From: Desulfosoma sp.
GTDB taxonomy: Bacteria > Desulfobacterota > Syntrophobacteria > Syntrophobacterales > DSM-9756
DNA: 64,000 bases
Direction: 5' to 3'
Assembly (NCBI GenBank): GCA_037481835.1
Contig: JBBFKW010000013.1
Location: 84,576-148,575 of the forward strand
The notes under the pieces were generated by a model that did no database searches, was not told the origin of the DNA, and saw only the letters and a program-made list of their open reading frames with translations. Each line of letters starts with the position of its first letter. Within the stretch, counting starts at the first letter, position 1. Shown here piece after piece: positions 10,290 to 19,989 of this stretch. The position numbers were made by a program, and so were the translations under genes.

Positions 10290-12788
10290 ATGACCGAAGA
10301 AGAACTCATGGAAAGGCTCCGGCACGCTTTCTTGGGGGAAGCCCGGGAGCGGTTGGATTCCCTGACGGCGCATCTGGAAGCCTTGGAAAGACAGGACGAT
10401 TTTGCCCGGCGCAAGGAATCCCTGGAGGTCGCCTACCGGGAAGTCCACAGCCTGAAGGGCGCGGCCCGAGCCGTCGGCTTTTCCGATGTGGAGGCCGTGT
10501 GCCAGACGGCCGAAAGTGTCCTTTCGGCCTTAAAAAGGGAACAAATCCCCGTGTCTCGTGACGTCCTGGGCGCTCTGTACCAGGTGCTATCCTTCGTGGA
10601 AAAGGCCGTGCAAGGAGAACCCGACCGAGAATCCGTGTCGGCCCTGTGCCGCCGTTTGGAATCCCTGCTCCGCACTCCATCGCAAGAAAAGGCCTCCCTC
10701 CAAGAAGACTCGGTCTCTCCTCAGAAAGCTCGGCTGAGGGGGGCGGAGACGGCCGCGCCGGATCTCTGCCCTCCCCAGGCTTCAGGGGCTGGGACGGCAC
10801 CCGGGGCCGAGCCCTCTCAAGGGCCCATGGCAGAAGCGCCACGGGCCTTCTCGGAAACGGCTCTTTCTTCCGGGCCGGCTTCCGAAAAGCAAGCGGAACG
10901 GGCGGGTGACGGGGGTTCGGAACCGGATAAGGCCCCGGTCGGCCGAGGGCCCTCAGGGGCGCCTCAGGGAAGCTACGCCGTGCGCGTGGACGTGCATCGG
11001 CTGGATGTGTTTTTGAAAAGGGCCGAAGAGCTCATTTCCGCCAAGTTGGCCATGGCCCAGCATCTTGGGAGCCTCAAAGACCTGCGTCGTCGGTTCGATC
11101 ACATGAAAAAGCAATGCACCTCGGGGGCGAGGGAGCTCCGATGGCTGAAAGATTCGGCCCATCAGGACACCGGCGCAGCCGTTTCCGTCCCGGCGAAGAA
11201 GGTGTTGGAACTCAAACGTTTTATGGAAGAAAATCAAAAGACGTTGCACGCCCTCGGAGAAGAAGTGGCGCGGGCGGTGGCGTCCGCCGAGGACAACGCC
11301 CGGTATCTGGCCACCTTGGTGGATGAACTCATGGAAGGAGCCAAGGAGGTTCTGCTGCAGCCTTTCGCCTTGGTGCTCCGCGGGCTTTCCCGCATGGTTC
11401 GCGACCTGGCGGAAAACCTTGGAAAAGACGTGAGGCTCATCGTCGAGGGTGACGACGTGGAGGCGGACCGCAGGATCCTCGAGGAGCTGAAAGACCCCTT
11501 GGTGCACCTGCTCAGGAACGCCGTGGATCATGGGTTGGAAAAGCTCGATGTACGTGTCGCACAAGGCAAACCGCCTCAAGGGACCGTGAGGGTGTTTGTG
11601 GTTCAAGAAGATGCCCGGACTGTGCGGGTCGCCGTGGAAGACGACGGCCAGGGGATCGACCCCGATAGGCTCCGGGAGGAAGCCGTCCGCCGGGGACTGC
11701 TCAGCCGCGAGGAAGCGGACCAGATGGCGGATGAGGCGGCGGTGGAACTCATTTTCCGATCGGATCTTTCCACCAGTGCGATGGTCACCGAGGTCTCCGG
11801 AAGGGGATTGGGCATGGCCATCGTGAAGGAGAGGGTAGAAGGGCTTGGGGGGCGTCTGCACGTGCACACCGAAAAAGGGCGAGGCACCCGCATGGTCATG
11901 GAACTGCCGGTGTCCTTGGCGACCTTCCGGGGCATTCTAATTGGGGAAGCGGGCCGGTTGTTCGTCATGCCGACCCATGCGGTGGAAGCCGTGGTCAGGG
12001 TGCGGGACGGCGACTGTCAACGCGTGGAGGGGCGGGAGACCCTCACCCACATGGACCGGGTCATTTCCGTTGAACGCCTGCGGGACGTGCTGGGCCTTCC
12101 CGATTCCAATGCAGAGGCTCCGGTGGACCCGGACCATCGGCGAACCGCCTTGATTCTCAGGGCCGGCGATGGGGAAGCGGCGGTGGAAGTGGATGCCGTG
12201 CTCGGCGAACAGGAAGTGCTCATCAAAGGCTTGGGACCGCAGCTTCAAAAGGTACACCACATTTGGGGGGCGACGGTCTTGGGTTCCGGGCTGGTGGTCC
12301 CCGTTTTGAACGCCGCGGACATCATTCGATCGGTGCGCCACAAGCTTCGGCCGTCCTTGACTCCGGCGGGAGTGCCCAAAGGATCGGCGCCGAAATCCGC
12401 GGCACGCCCGCGAGCCGTTTTGGTGGCTGAAGATTCGGTGACGTCGCGGACGCTTCTCAAGAACATTTTGGAAGGGGCGGGTTATGCGGTCCAGACGGCC
12501 GTGGACGGTCAGGATGCCCTGGCCAAACTGAGAGAACAGCCCTTTGATGCCGTGGTTTCCGACGTGGAAATGCCGCGCATGAACGGGTTCGATCTCACTC
12601 GCTCCATCCGCCGGGAAGAAAAACTGAAGCACATGCCGGTGGTGCTCGTCACCAGCTTGGATTCCCGAGAGCACCGGGAACAAGGTTTGGAAGCCGGCGC
12701 CGACGCCTACATTGTGAAGAGCTCTTTTGATCAAACCACCCTGTTGGATGTCCTCGAGCGATTCACCGGGTCAAAAGGAGCGCCCTGA
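10290..12788 (+). CDS. cheA: Hybrid CheA kinase with C-terminal receiver (WspE-like)
   Basis: Hpt HSLKGAA, HLLRNAVDHG, DDGQGID, SGRGLGM, CheW-like domain, C-terminal REC (AEDS, SDVEMP, VKS). Confidence 0.95.
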   Translation: MTEEELMERLRHAFLGEARERLDSLTAHLEALERQDDFARRKESLEVAYREVHSLKGAARAVGFSDVEAVCQTAESVLSALKREQIPVSRDVLGALYQVLSFVEKAVQGEPDRESVSALCRRLESLLRTPSQEKASLQEDSVSPQKARLRGAETAAPDLCPPQASGAGTAPGAEPSQGPMAEAPRAFSETALSSGPASEKQAERAGDGGSEPDKAPVGRGPSGAPQGSYAVRVDVHRLDVFLKRAEELISAKLAMAQHLGSLKDLRRRFDHMKKQCTSGARELRWLKDSAHQDTGAAVSVPAKKVLELKRFMEENQKTLHALGEEVARAVASAEDNARYLATLVDELMEGAKEVLLQPFALVLRGLSRMVRDLAENLGKDVRLIVEGDDVEADRRILEELKDPLVHLLRNAVDHGLEKLDVRVAQGKPPQGTVRVFVVQEDARTVRVAVEDDGQGIDPDRLREEAVRRGLLSREEADQMADEAAVELIFRSDLSTSAMVTEVSGRGLGMAIVKERVEGLGGRLHVHTEKGRGTRMVMELPVSLATFRGILIGEAGRLFVMPTHAVEAVVRVRDGDCQRVEGRETLTHMDRVISVERLRDVLGLPDSNAEAPVDPDHRRTALILRAGDGEAAVEVDAVLGEQEVLIKGLGPQLQKVHHIWGATVLGSGLVVPVLNAADIIRSVRHKLRPSLTPAGVPKGSAPKSAARPRAVLVAEDSVTSRTLLKNILEGAGYAVQTAVDGQDALAKLREQPFDAVVSDVEMPRMNGFDLTRSIRREEKLKHMPVVLVTSLDSREHREQGLEAGADAYIVKSSFDQTTLLDVLERFTGSKGAP

Positions 12789-13879
12789 TGGCGGAACCGA
12801 AACGCGTCCTCATTGCCGACGACTCCATCACCTGCAGGGAGTATCTCCGATTTCTTCTGGAAAAAGAGGGGGGCTTTCAGGTGGTGGGCGTCGCCGCGGA
12901 CGGCGAGGACGCCGTCCGACAGGCCCTGGCTTTGAAGCCGGACCTCATCGCCATGGACATCCACATGCCCAAGATGAACGGCATCGAAGCCTCTCGAAAA
13001 ATCTTGGAAACCCTTCGCGTCCCCATCGTCATGGTGAGCGACGTGTGGCAGACGGCTGAGGTGCAAAAGGCTTTCGAAGCCATGGAAATCGGCGCCGTCG
13101 GAGGCGTGCAGAAACCGCCGGGACTGGGCCATCCCGAAGCCGAAATGTTCGCCCGGAAGCTCATTCGGACGATGAAACTCATGGCCGATTTGCCGGTCAT
13201 TCGGCGTACGGCCAGGCCGGAAGGGAAGAGTCCTCCTTCAGGCGGGCCGGCGCCCAACGACTGCCTGAGGCGACGGCCTCTGAAAGTTCCAATCCGCCTC
13301 ATTGCCATGGGCGCCTCTACGGGAGGTCCCCCCGTGCTCAAAGAGATCCTCCATTGCCTTCCCGCCGGCTTTTCCGTCCCGGTGCTCGTGGTGCAGCATA
13401 TCAGCGCGGGCTTTCTGCCGGGCATGGTGGAATGGATGCAGCGGGAATGTGCCGTGAGGCTCCGCATTCCGGCTTCCGGGGAAGCCGTGGAGCCGGGCAC
13501 GGTTTACTTCGCCCCGGACGGGGTGCACATGGGGATCGACCCGCGAGGTATGATCTTTTTCAGCAACGAGCGTTCGGAACACGGCGTCAAACCGTCCGTG
13601 TCGGTCTTGTTCAGGACCGTTGCGGCCTCCTACGGAGCCGCCGCGGTCGGAGTCCTGCTCACAGGAATGGGCAAGGACGGCGCCCAAGAACTGCTGCTCC
13701 TTCGGCAAAAGGGGGCTCTGACCGTGGTCCAGGATCAGGCGAGTTGCGTGGTGTTCGGCATGCCCGGCGAAGCGGTGCGGCTCGGGGCGGCCGAATGTGT
13801 GCTTCCCCCGGCGGAAATCGCCCGCACCCTCATCGAGGCGGTCAGCGGCCGATCCGCAGGCGGGCTGTCGGCGGTGTGA
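12788..13879 (+). CDS. cheB: CheB methylesterase (REC + esterase)
   Basis: REC domain, GASTGGP, VQHI, LTGMGKDGA, VVFGMP. Confidence 0.95.
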   Translation: MAEPKRVLIADDSITCREYLRFLLEKEGGFQVVGVAADGEDAVRQALALKPDLIAMDIHMPKMNGIEASRKILETLRVPIVMVSDVWQTAEVQKAFEAMEIGAVGGVQKPPGLGHPEAEMFARKLIRTMKLMADLPVIRRTARPEGKSPPSGGPAPNDCLRRRPLKVPIRLIAMGASTGGPPVLKEILHCLPAGFSVPVLVVQHISAGFLPGMVEWMQRECAVRLRIPASGEAVEPGTVYFAPDGVHMGIDPRGMIFFSNERSEHGVKPSVSVLFRTVAASYGAAAVGVLLTGMGKDGAQELLLLRQKGALTVVQDQASCVVFGMPGEAVRLGAAECVLPPAEIARTLIEAVSGRSAGGLSAV

Positions 13880-13912
13880 TGAAACTCATGAGGTGCAGGA
13901 AGGATTGGCACC

Positions 13913-14674
13913 ATGAACAATAATTCCGTAACATTTGAAGATAACGTGCACATTCTCGTGGTCGAGGACAGTTTGACCCAAGCCGTTCGGCTCCAAGGCC
14001 TCCTGGAACACAATGGATACCGGGTGACCACGGCGGCGGACGGCGCCGAGGCCCTTTCGCTGTTGGAACGCATGACCCCCACGCTGGTCATCAGCGATAT
14101 CGTCATGCCGGGGATGGACGGATACGAATTGTGCCGCCGCATCAAGAGCGAGCCCAAGACGACGGACATCCCGGTGATCCTGGTGACCCAGCTGTCGGAA
14201 CCCGAAGACATCCTCAAGGGCTTGGAATGCGGGGCGGACAACTTCATCACCAAGCCCTACGAGGAAAATTTTCTCCTTTCTCGCATCCAGTATATTCTCA
14301 TCAACCGCCGGCTGAGGACAAAGGTCTGCACGGACATGGGCCTGGAGGTGTTTTTTGCCAACCGCCGGCATTTCATCACCTCGGATCGGATCCAGATTCT
14401 GGACTTGCTCTTTTCCACGTACGAAAGCGCCCTGCAAAAGGCTCGCGAGCTGGAGCGGGCCAACAAAAAGCTCCAGGAGGCATTGGAAACCATCAAGACC
14501 CTGCAAGGGATTCTTCCCATTTGCGCCGGTTGCAAGAAGATCCGGGACGAATCGGGGGAATGGCAATCGCTGGAACGCTACATCGGGGATCGCTCAGAGG
14601 CCAAGTTCAGCCACGGACTGTGCCCCGATTGTGCCAAGAAGCTCTATCCCCAGTATTTCGACCGAAAGGCGTGA
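13913..14674 (+). CDS. Response regulator with Cys-rich C-terminal domain
   Basis: REC (VEDS, SDIVMP, KPY), coiled coil, LPICAGCKKIRD...SHGLCPDC. Confidence 0.88.
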   Translation: MNNNSVTFEDNVHILVVEDSLTQAVRLQGLLEHNGYRVTTAADGAEALSLLERMTPTLVISDIVMPGMDGYELCRRIKSEPKTTDIPVILVTQLSEPEDILKGLECGADNFITKPYEENFLLSRIQYILINRRLRTKVCTDMGLEVFFANRRHFITSDRIQILDLLFSTYESALQKARELERANKKLQEALETIKTLQGILPICAGCKKIRDESGEWQSLERYIGDRSEAKFSHGLCPDCAKKLYPQYFDRKA

Positions 14675-14694
14675 CGAAGGCGGGGAGTCACGGG

Positions 14695-15660
14695 ATGGAC
14701 GAGCCCCTGCGCGTGCTCATCGTGGAAGACAGCATGACCCAGGCCGTGCGGCTCCAGGCCGTTTTGGAATCTTTGGGCTACCGGGTCCACCACGCCGAAA
14801 ACGGCCGGAAGGCTTTGGAAGCGCTGGAAGAAACCTTCTGCCCTCTCGTGATCACCGACTGGGTCATGCCCGAAATGGATGGGGTCAGCTTCTGCCGCAC
14901 GGTGCGGTCCCGTTCTTATCCGGGGTACGTTTTTGTGATCCTTCTCACGGCCCGGGACGCCCTGGACGACATCGTGGAGGGGCTAGAAGCGGGTGCCGAC
15001 GACTACCTCGTCAAGCCCGTGCATCCGTCAGAACTGGCGGCTCGGCTGAAGACCGCCCGACGGATCTTGGCCCTGGAAGCCACGCTCAAGAAGCGCACGG
15101 AAGAAGTGCAACGTTTGTCCATCACCGACCCGCTGACGCAACTTTACAACCGCCGCTATTTCAACGAGCAGCTCCCCAAGCTCCTCCACGCGAGCCGCCG
15201 GCACGGCCGTCCCCTGTCACTCATCATGACGGACATCGACCATTTCAAGAAAATCAACGACACGTACGGCCATCAAACAGGAGATCGGGTTCTTGAGGCA
15301 TTCGCGGCCCAGATCCAAGGGTCCCTTCGGGTCGGTTTGGATTGGGCCGCTCGCTTCGGGGGCGAGGAATTTGTCGTGGTCCTTCCCGAAACGGACATGG
15401 ACAAGGCGGGTCTTGTGGCCGAACGCCTGCGCCTGCTCGTGGCCCACACCTCCGTCGAAAGCCCTCAAGGGCCCGTGCGCATCACGGCCAGTTTCGGCGT
15501 ATCCGGCGTCCCCGGGGGCGGGTACGATGGCCTTTCCATGGAAGCCCTTGTAGCCGCCGCCGACGCGGCGCTCTACCGAGCCAAGCAAAACGGCAGAAAT
15601 CGCACGGAAATGGCCGAAGATTGCTGGGCGCCTCAGGAAGCCCCATCGGCCATGATGTGA
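14695..15660 (+). CDS. REC-GGDEF diguanylate cyclase (WspR/PleD-like)
   Basis: REC, TDPLTQLYNRR, DIDHFKKINDTYGH, ARFGGEEF, ADAALYRAK. Confidence 0.94.
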   Translation: MDEPLRVLIVEDSMTQAVRLQAVLESLGYRVHHAENGRKALEALEETFCPLVITDWVMPEMDGVSFCRTVRSRSYPGYVFVILLTARDALDDIVEGLEAGADDYLVKPVHPSELAARLKTARRILALEATLKKRTEEVQRLSITDPLTQLYNRRYFNEQLPKLLHASRRHGRPLSLIMTDIDHFKKINDTYGHQTGDRVLEAFAAQIQGSLRVGLDWAARFGGEEFVVVLPETDMDKAGLVAERLRLLVAHTSVESPQGPVRITASFGVSGVPGGGYDGLSMEALVAAADAALYRAKQNGRNRTEMAEDCWAPQEAPSAMM

Positions 15661-16124
15661 TCCATGATTTCCTGGATCTTTTTCTCCACGAACGAAAGCC
15701 GCCTTGCGTCGCCTTCCGCATCGTCCAGGGAAAAGGCATGACTGGTCGGGCTGTGGACGGAAAGGAGCTCCAATCCGGTTTCTAAGGCATTGCGCACCCA
15801 GAGCCGAAAAGCCTCCATGGCTGAAGGTTCCCGCGCCTTGAGGCCCGCCAGGGTGACCTCCACGGCTTGTCCAGTCCATTGAAGGTCTTCGCGGATGGCG
15901 GCCACAAGCTCTCCATCCAGTCGTGGGCGCCTCACAGGAATGCACCGAGCGATGATCTCAGCATAGATCATGAAGGGATCCCCGCCGCCTTTTTCGGGAT
16001 AGCAGACCAGGCATCGTCCGGTGTCGTGGGGGATAGCGGCGTTTTCGGCAAAACGGTTGGTTCGAGCGATCCCCTGAAAATGGGCGATGGTGTATTCTCG
16101 AGGCGTTTCGTCGTTCCGTGTCAT
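15633..16124 (-). CDS. Hypothetical protein, 163 aa
   Basis: GAAGGA RBS and ATG, protein-like composition, CxxC (CLVC); family not recognised. Confidence 0.6.
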   Translation of the reverse strand: MTRNDETPREYTIAHFQGIARTNRFAENAAIPHDTGRCLVCYPEKGGGDPFMIYAEIIARCIPVRRPRLDGELVAAIREDLQWTGQAVEVTLAGLKAREPSAMEAFRLWVRNALETGLELLSVHSPTSHAFSLDDAEGDARRLSFVEKKIQEIMDHIMADGAS

Positions 16125-16313
16125 GAGTGTTTCCTTCGTCAGCCGAAAGGACTAGAATAAACTTCCGCCCCATGGGGCCGAACCCCCCGGAGGGCCAACA
16201 TGGCCCGAACATACCAGATAACCCGGGGCCAAGGTAAGCCCAACCGATGGCCCCCCGATAATACAGTTACCCATGTGGGTCATGCGAAACACATGCAAAA
16301 ATGTAGCAAAAAT

Positions 16314-16344
16314 GTAGGTTGGGGTGAGCGCAGCGAACCCCAAC
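16314..16344 (+). repeat. GTAG-type REP element (31 bp)
   Basis: GTAG-GTTGGGGT-GAGCGCAGCG-AACCCCAAC, a GTAG foot plus imperfect palindrome; near-identical copies at 17620-17791 and 63305. Confidence 0.88.
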
Positions 16345-16531
16345 ACTCGGGGAACGCCAACACTCTGGGAACCCCAACACTCAGGGAACCCCAACACCTG
16401 GAGCGCCCAACAGCCGGGGAATCCCATTCCGCGATGAAACCTCAAAACCTCGAAGCACGCTGAACGCCCGAAGGTCGAGAAACTGCAGCCCGCAATGAAC
16501 CCCCAACACCCCGTGAACCCCCAACACCCCG
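16335..16531 (+). repeat. Short tandem repeats resembling the REP 3' arm
   Basis: GAAC(C/G)CCAACAC units at 16335, 16352, 16369, 16386 (17-bp period) and two 18-bp units (T/C)GAACCCCCAACACCCCG-like at 16496 and 16514. Confidence 0.8.
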
Positions 16532-16575
16532 CGAAAACCCTGTCCCGTTACGCGGTGCGCCGTTGCCCATCCCCT

Positions 16576-17529
16576 ATGTCCCAGGCTCATTCGGCGAACC
16601 ATCCCGTTCCCGGCTACGTCCACGCCCTGCGAACCGGCGCCCTGGAGGCCAAGGCCGAAGCCCTCAAGGAGCGGCTCCGAGCGTGCGATCTGTGTCCTCG
16701 CCGCTGCGGCGTGGATCGCCTTTCCGGGCGGTTGGGGTTCTGCCGCACGGATGGGCGTTTGAAGGTCGCGGCTGTGAGCCTCCACCCGTGGGAGGAACCG
16801 CCCATTGCGGGCAGCCGCGGCTCGGGTACCGTGTTCTTTTCCGGCTGCACCTTGCACTGCCTCTTTTGCCAGAACTACCCCATCAGCCAGTTGGGCGTCG
16901 GCCGGGTGATGGAGCCGGACGAGTTAGCCGAAAAAATGCTTCGGCTTCAGCAGCGCGGCGCCCACAACATCAACCTGGTCACGCCGACCCACCAGGTGCC
17001 TCAATTCGTGGAGGCTTTGCTCATCGCGGCGCGGCGGGGGCTTCGCCTTCCCATTGTCTACAATTCCAGCGGATACGAAAGGGTTTCCCTGATCCACGAG
17101 CTGGACGACATTGTGGATATCTATCTGCCCGACATCAAATTTGCGTCCCCGGAAGCCGCCGCCTTTTGTTGCGGGCGATCGGACTACGTGCTCCAGAACC
17201 GCAGGGCCCTTCTCGCCATGTGGCGCCAGGTGGGGCCTCTGCAGTGCGATGCCGACGGGGTGGCCGTGCGGGGTCTCCTGGTCCGGCATTTGGTCCTTCC
17301 CGAAGGCCTTTCGGGAACGCCCCAGTGCCTGGCGTTTCTCCGGCGGGCCTTGGGAAAGGGCGTCTGGGTGAGCCTCATGGACCAATACTTCCCGGCGCAC
17401 AAAGCTTTGACGACGCCCCCCTTGGACCGGAAACCCACGGCGGAAGAAATCCAGGCGGCCGTGGAGGAGGCGTGGCGTTTGGGCTTGCGCCATGGCTTTA
17501 CCCAGGAAACATGCCCGTGCGGAGGCTGA
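16576..17529 (+). CDS. pflX: PflX-like radical SAM protein
   Basis: CDLCPRRCGVDR, WEEPPIAGSRGSGTVFFSGCTLHCLFCQNYPISQ (CxxxCxxC), NINLVTPTH, LLVRHLVLP, MDQYFP. Confidence 0.88.
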   Translation: MSQAHSANHPVPGYVHALRTGALEAKAEALKERLRACDLCPRRCGVDRLSGRLGFCRTDGRLKVAAVSLHPWEEPPIAGSRGSGTVFFSGCTLHCLFCQNYPISQLGVGRVMEPDELAEKMLRLQQRGAHNINLVTPTHQVPQFVEALLIAARRGLRLPIVYNSSGYERVSLIHELDDIVDIYLPDIKFASPEAAAFCCGRSDYVLQNRRALLAMWRQVGPLQCDADGVAVRGLLVRHLVLPEGLSGTPQCLAFLRRALGKGVWVSLMDQYFPAHKALTTPPLDRKPTAEEIQAAVEEAWRLGLRHGFTQETCPCGG

Positions 17530-17619
17530 AAGGCCCCGGGGGGAGATATTGGAGGGAGAGCGGCTTTTCCCGAGCCCGAAACCTTGTGGCGGGGCTGAAG
17601 GGGAAAAGGGGGGGGTAGT

Positions 17620-17791
17620 GTTGGGGTTCGCTTCGCTCACCCCAACCTACATTGGCAAGGTTATTGTGTTGGGGTTCGCTTCGCTCACCCCAACCTACAC
17701 TGGCAGTTGTTGCGTTGGGGGTTTGCTGCGCTCACCTCAACCTACACTGGCAGTTGTTGTGTTGGGGTTCGCTGCGCTCACCCCAACCTAC
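17620..17791 (-). repeat. Tandem array of four REP copies
   Basis: GTTGGGGTTCGCT(T/G)CGCTCACCCCAACCTAC at 17620, 17668, 17714 (degenerate) and 17761, with 15-17 bp related linkers. Confidence 0.9.
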
Positions 17792-18996
17792 ATTGGCGAC
17801 GTAGAGGGCGATTGCAACCGTTGGGCCAGGTTGGCGGATAAGAGGGCGCACTGTTCCAGATCCTCCGCGGTGCCGGCCCCCTTGACTTCCACGATGGGTT
17901 CCACCACTTCCAGTTTCATCCGTTCGGCGAAGGATTCCAGCGCCTTTCGCGCGCCGCCCGCCCAGGCATAGCTTGTGACAAGGCCGAGAAGGCGATTCTG
18001 CAGGAGCTTGTTTTCCAAGAAGCCCAAGAGGGTCTCCATGGGGGGAAACAGCCCCGTGTTGTAGGTGGGGCAGGCCAGGATCAGGCCCTTTGACGTCCAG
18101 ATGTCCGCAATGACGAAGGAGGCGTGGGTACGGGCCACGTCGTGCACAAGAGGCGAAACCCCGCGCTCGGTCAGGGCCCGTGCGACGGCTTCCGCGAGCC
18201 GATAGGTGTTGCCGTACATGGATCCGTACGCCACCACGACGGTCGGATCCGTCTCCTGCAAGCTCCACCGCTCATAAAGGCGCACCGGCAGGGACGGGTC
18301 CTTGCGCCACACGGCCCCGTGTGTCGGGGCCACCACATGGAAAGTTAGCTCACGCAGCTTGTCCACGGCCTTGAGGACCATCTTGCCGTAGCGGGCGACG
18401 ATGTTGGTGAAATAGCGCAGCATTTCCCCGTGCATGAGCTCCCCATCGATTTCGTCGTCAAAAAGGCCTTGGTCGACGGTGCCGAATCCCCCGAAAGCGT
18501 CACCGGAAAATAGCACGCCCGTGGTGAGGTCGAAGGTCATCATGGTTTCCGGCCAGTGGACCATGGGCGTCAGGAAAAACCGAAGCTTGTGGGCTCCCAG
18601 GTCCAAGACGTCTCCGTCGCCGACCTGACGGCACGGGGCGCACGTCCCGTAGAAGGCTTCCAGCATCTCCAGAGTCTTCTTGTTGCCCACCAGGGTCATG
18701 TCGGGAAAGACGGAACGAAGAATTTGGATGGCTCCCGTATGGTCGGGTTCCATGTGGTTGATGACCAGGTAGTCCACGGATTGACCCGGCCGAAGGACCT
18801 GGCGGATCCTATGGAGATGTTCGGCGAGGAAATGGCCTTTGACGGCATCGATGAGGGCGACCTTCTGGTCGACGACCAGGTAGGCGTTGTAGGAGACGCC
18901 GTAGGGAAGAGGCCAGAGGGCTTCGAAGAGGTCCGTTTCGTGATCGTTGACGCCGACCCAATAGGTTTCCGGGGCAATGACAGGGGGTCCGGCCAT
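17788..18996 (-). CDS. fprA: Flavodiiron (A-type flavo)protein
   Basis: GVSYNAYL, NHMEPDH, VHWPETM, FSGDAFG, PTHG and flavodoxin YGSMYGNT motifs; AAGGAG RBS. Confidence 0.93.
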   Translation of the reverse strand: MAGPPVIAPETYWVGVNDHETDLFEALWPLPYGVSYNAYLVVDQKVALIDAVKGHFLAEHLHRIRQVLRPGQSVDYLVINHMEPDHTGAIQILRSVFPDMTLVGNKKTLEMLEAFYGTCAPCRQVGDGDVLDLGAHKLRFFLTPMVHWPETMMTFDLTTGVLFSGDAFGGFGTVDQGLFDDEIDGELMHGEMLRYFTNIVARYGKMVLKAVDKLRELTFHVVAPTHGAVWRKDPSLPVRLYERWSLQETDPTVVVAYGSMYGNTYRLAEAVARALTERGVSPLVHDVARTHASFVIADIWTSKGLILACPTYNTGLFPPMETLLGFLENKLLQNRLLGLVTSYAWAGGARKALESFAERMKLEVVEPIVEVKGAGTAEDLEQCALLSANLAQRLQSPSTSPM

Positions 18997-19257
18997 GGCG
19001 GGCTCCTTTCTCTGCAGGCTCAGATGGCTGAAGCGATTCACGTGCTCATAACACAAAGGGTTCGGCGGAAAAAGGGTCGGCGAATTTTTCTTTCCCGAAA
19101 AGACAGGCTGTGGCAAAAAGGCCTGCCGATTTTACGGCGCTTCGGCCGCGCTCTTGCATCGCGGCCAAAGGGACTTAAGTTAGCGACCAGACCTTCCGAT
19201 CACATAGCTGAAGCGGCCATTCCCGCTCCAATCTCGGATGGTGGAAAGGAACACATC

Positions 19258-19989
19258 ATGCGCTCCGTCACGTGGATGATCACGGCGATGCTTGTCGTCT
19301 TCGGGGGTATTTCTTCCGCTCACGCCTTGCAGAGTGCCACGGACCTTGTCGAGAAGGCCCGGAAAGACTCCATCATGTACCGCAGGGTCGCCCTATACAG
19401 CGAAGCCCTGGTTTTGGATGCCGGCCTCGTGGACGCCTTGAGGGAAAGAGGAATTCTCTATTACTACCAGGGGAAACTCCGGGAAGCCTACGACGACCTC
19501 ACGGCCTATTTGGAAAAGGGGGGACAAGACGTCCGCGGCGTCCTCTTTCGTGCACTGGTGTCCGTGAAGCGCGAAGACTGGGAAAACGCTTTAACTGACC
19601 TGAATCGTGCGTGCGCTCTGGATCCCAAAAGGAGCGACATCCTCAGCCATCGCGCCGCGGTGCTGTACAAACTGGGACGGACCGCAGAGGCCGAAAAGGA
19701 CGCGGCGGCCGTCCTCGCCCTCCATGACGATCCGGCCGCCATGGCACGGGCCCTGACCGTGCGGGGAAACATCCACGCGGATCGCGGTAACGCGCTCTCG
19801 GCGCGGGAAGACCTCCGCCGGGCGGCGTCCATGGACCCCACTTTGGGCATTTTCGGCACTTGGGGGGACATTCTCAGTCCCGAACAGGCAAGCCGGATCG
19901 GTCTTCTGGGTTTGATCGTGCTGCCGGCCTTCCTCATCTTCCGGATCCGCCTGCCCAAGCCCACGCGCAAAGATCCGCCGCGGTTGTAA
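19258..19989 (+). CDS. Exported TPR-repeat protein with C-terminal membrane anchor
   Basis: Signal-peptide-like N-terminus (AHA), several TPR units, hydrophobic IGLLGLIVLPAFLIF followed by a basic tail; AAAGGA RBS. Confidence 0.8.
   Translation: MRSVTWMITAMLVVFGGISSAHALQSATDLVEKARKDSIMYRRVALYSEALVLDAGLVDALRERGILYYYQGKLREAYDDLTAYLEKGGQDVRGVLFRALVSVKREDWENALTDLNRACALDPKRSDILSHRAAVLYKLGRTAEAEKDAAAVLALHDDPAAMARALTVRGNIHADRGNALSAREDLRRAASMDPTLGIFGTWGDILSPEQASRIGLLGLIVLPAFLIFRIRLPKPTRKDPPRL

Noticed and set aside
17620..17791. Possible mini CRISPR array (31-bp repeats)
   Set aside because: Spacers are only 15-17 bp and resemble each other, there are no cas genes, and the same unit occurs singly elsewhere with a GTAG foot, which fits REP
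19143..19158. Possible sigma-54 site upstream of the TPR gene (CGGCCGCGCTCTTGCA)
   Set aside because: GG-N10-GC fits but the -24 half is weak, and such matches arise by chance at this GC content
19258..19989. TPR protein as immunity factor for the DUF4157 toxin
   Set aside because: Convergent orientation and predicted export with a membrane anchor; nothing beyond proximity supports the link
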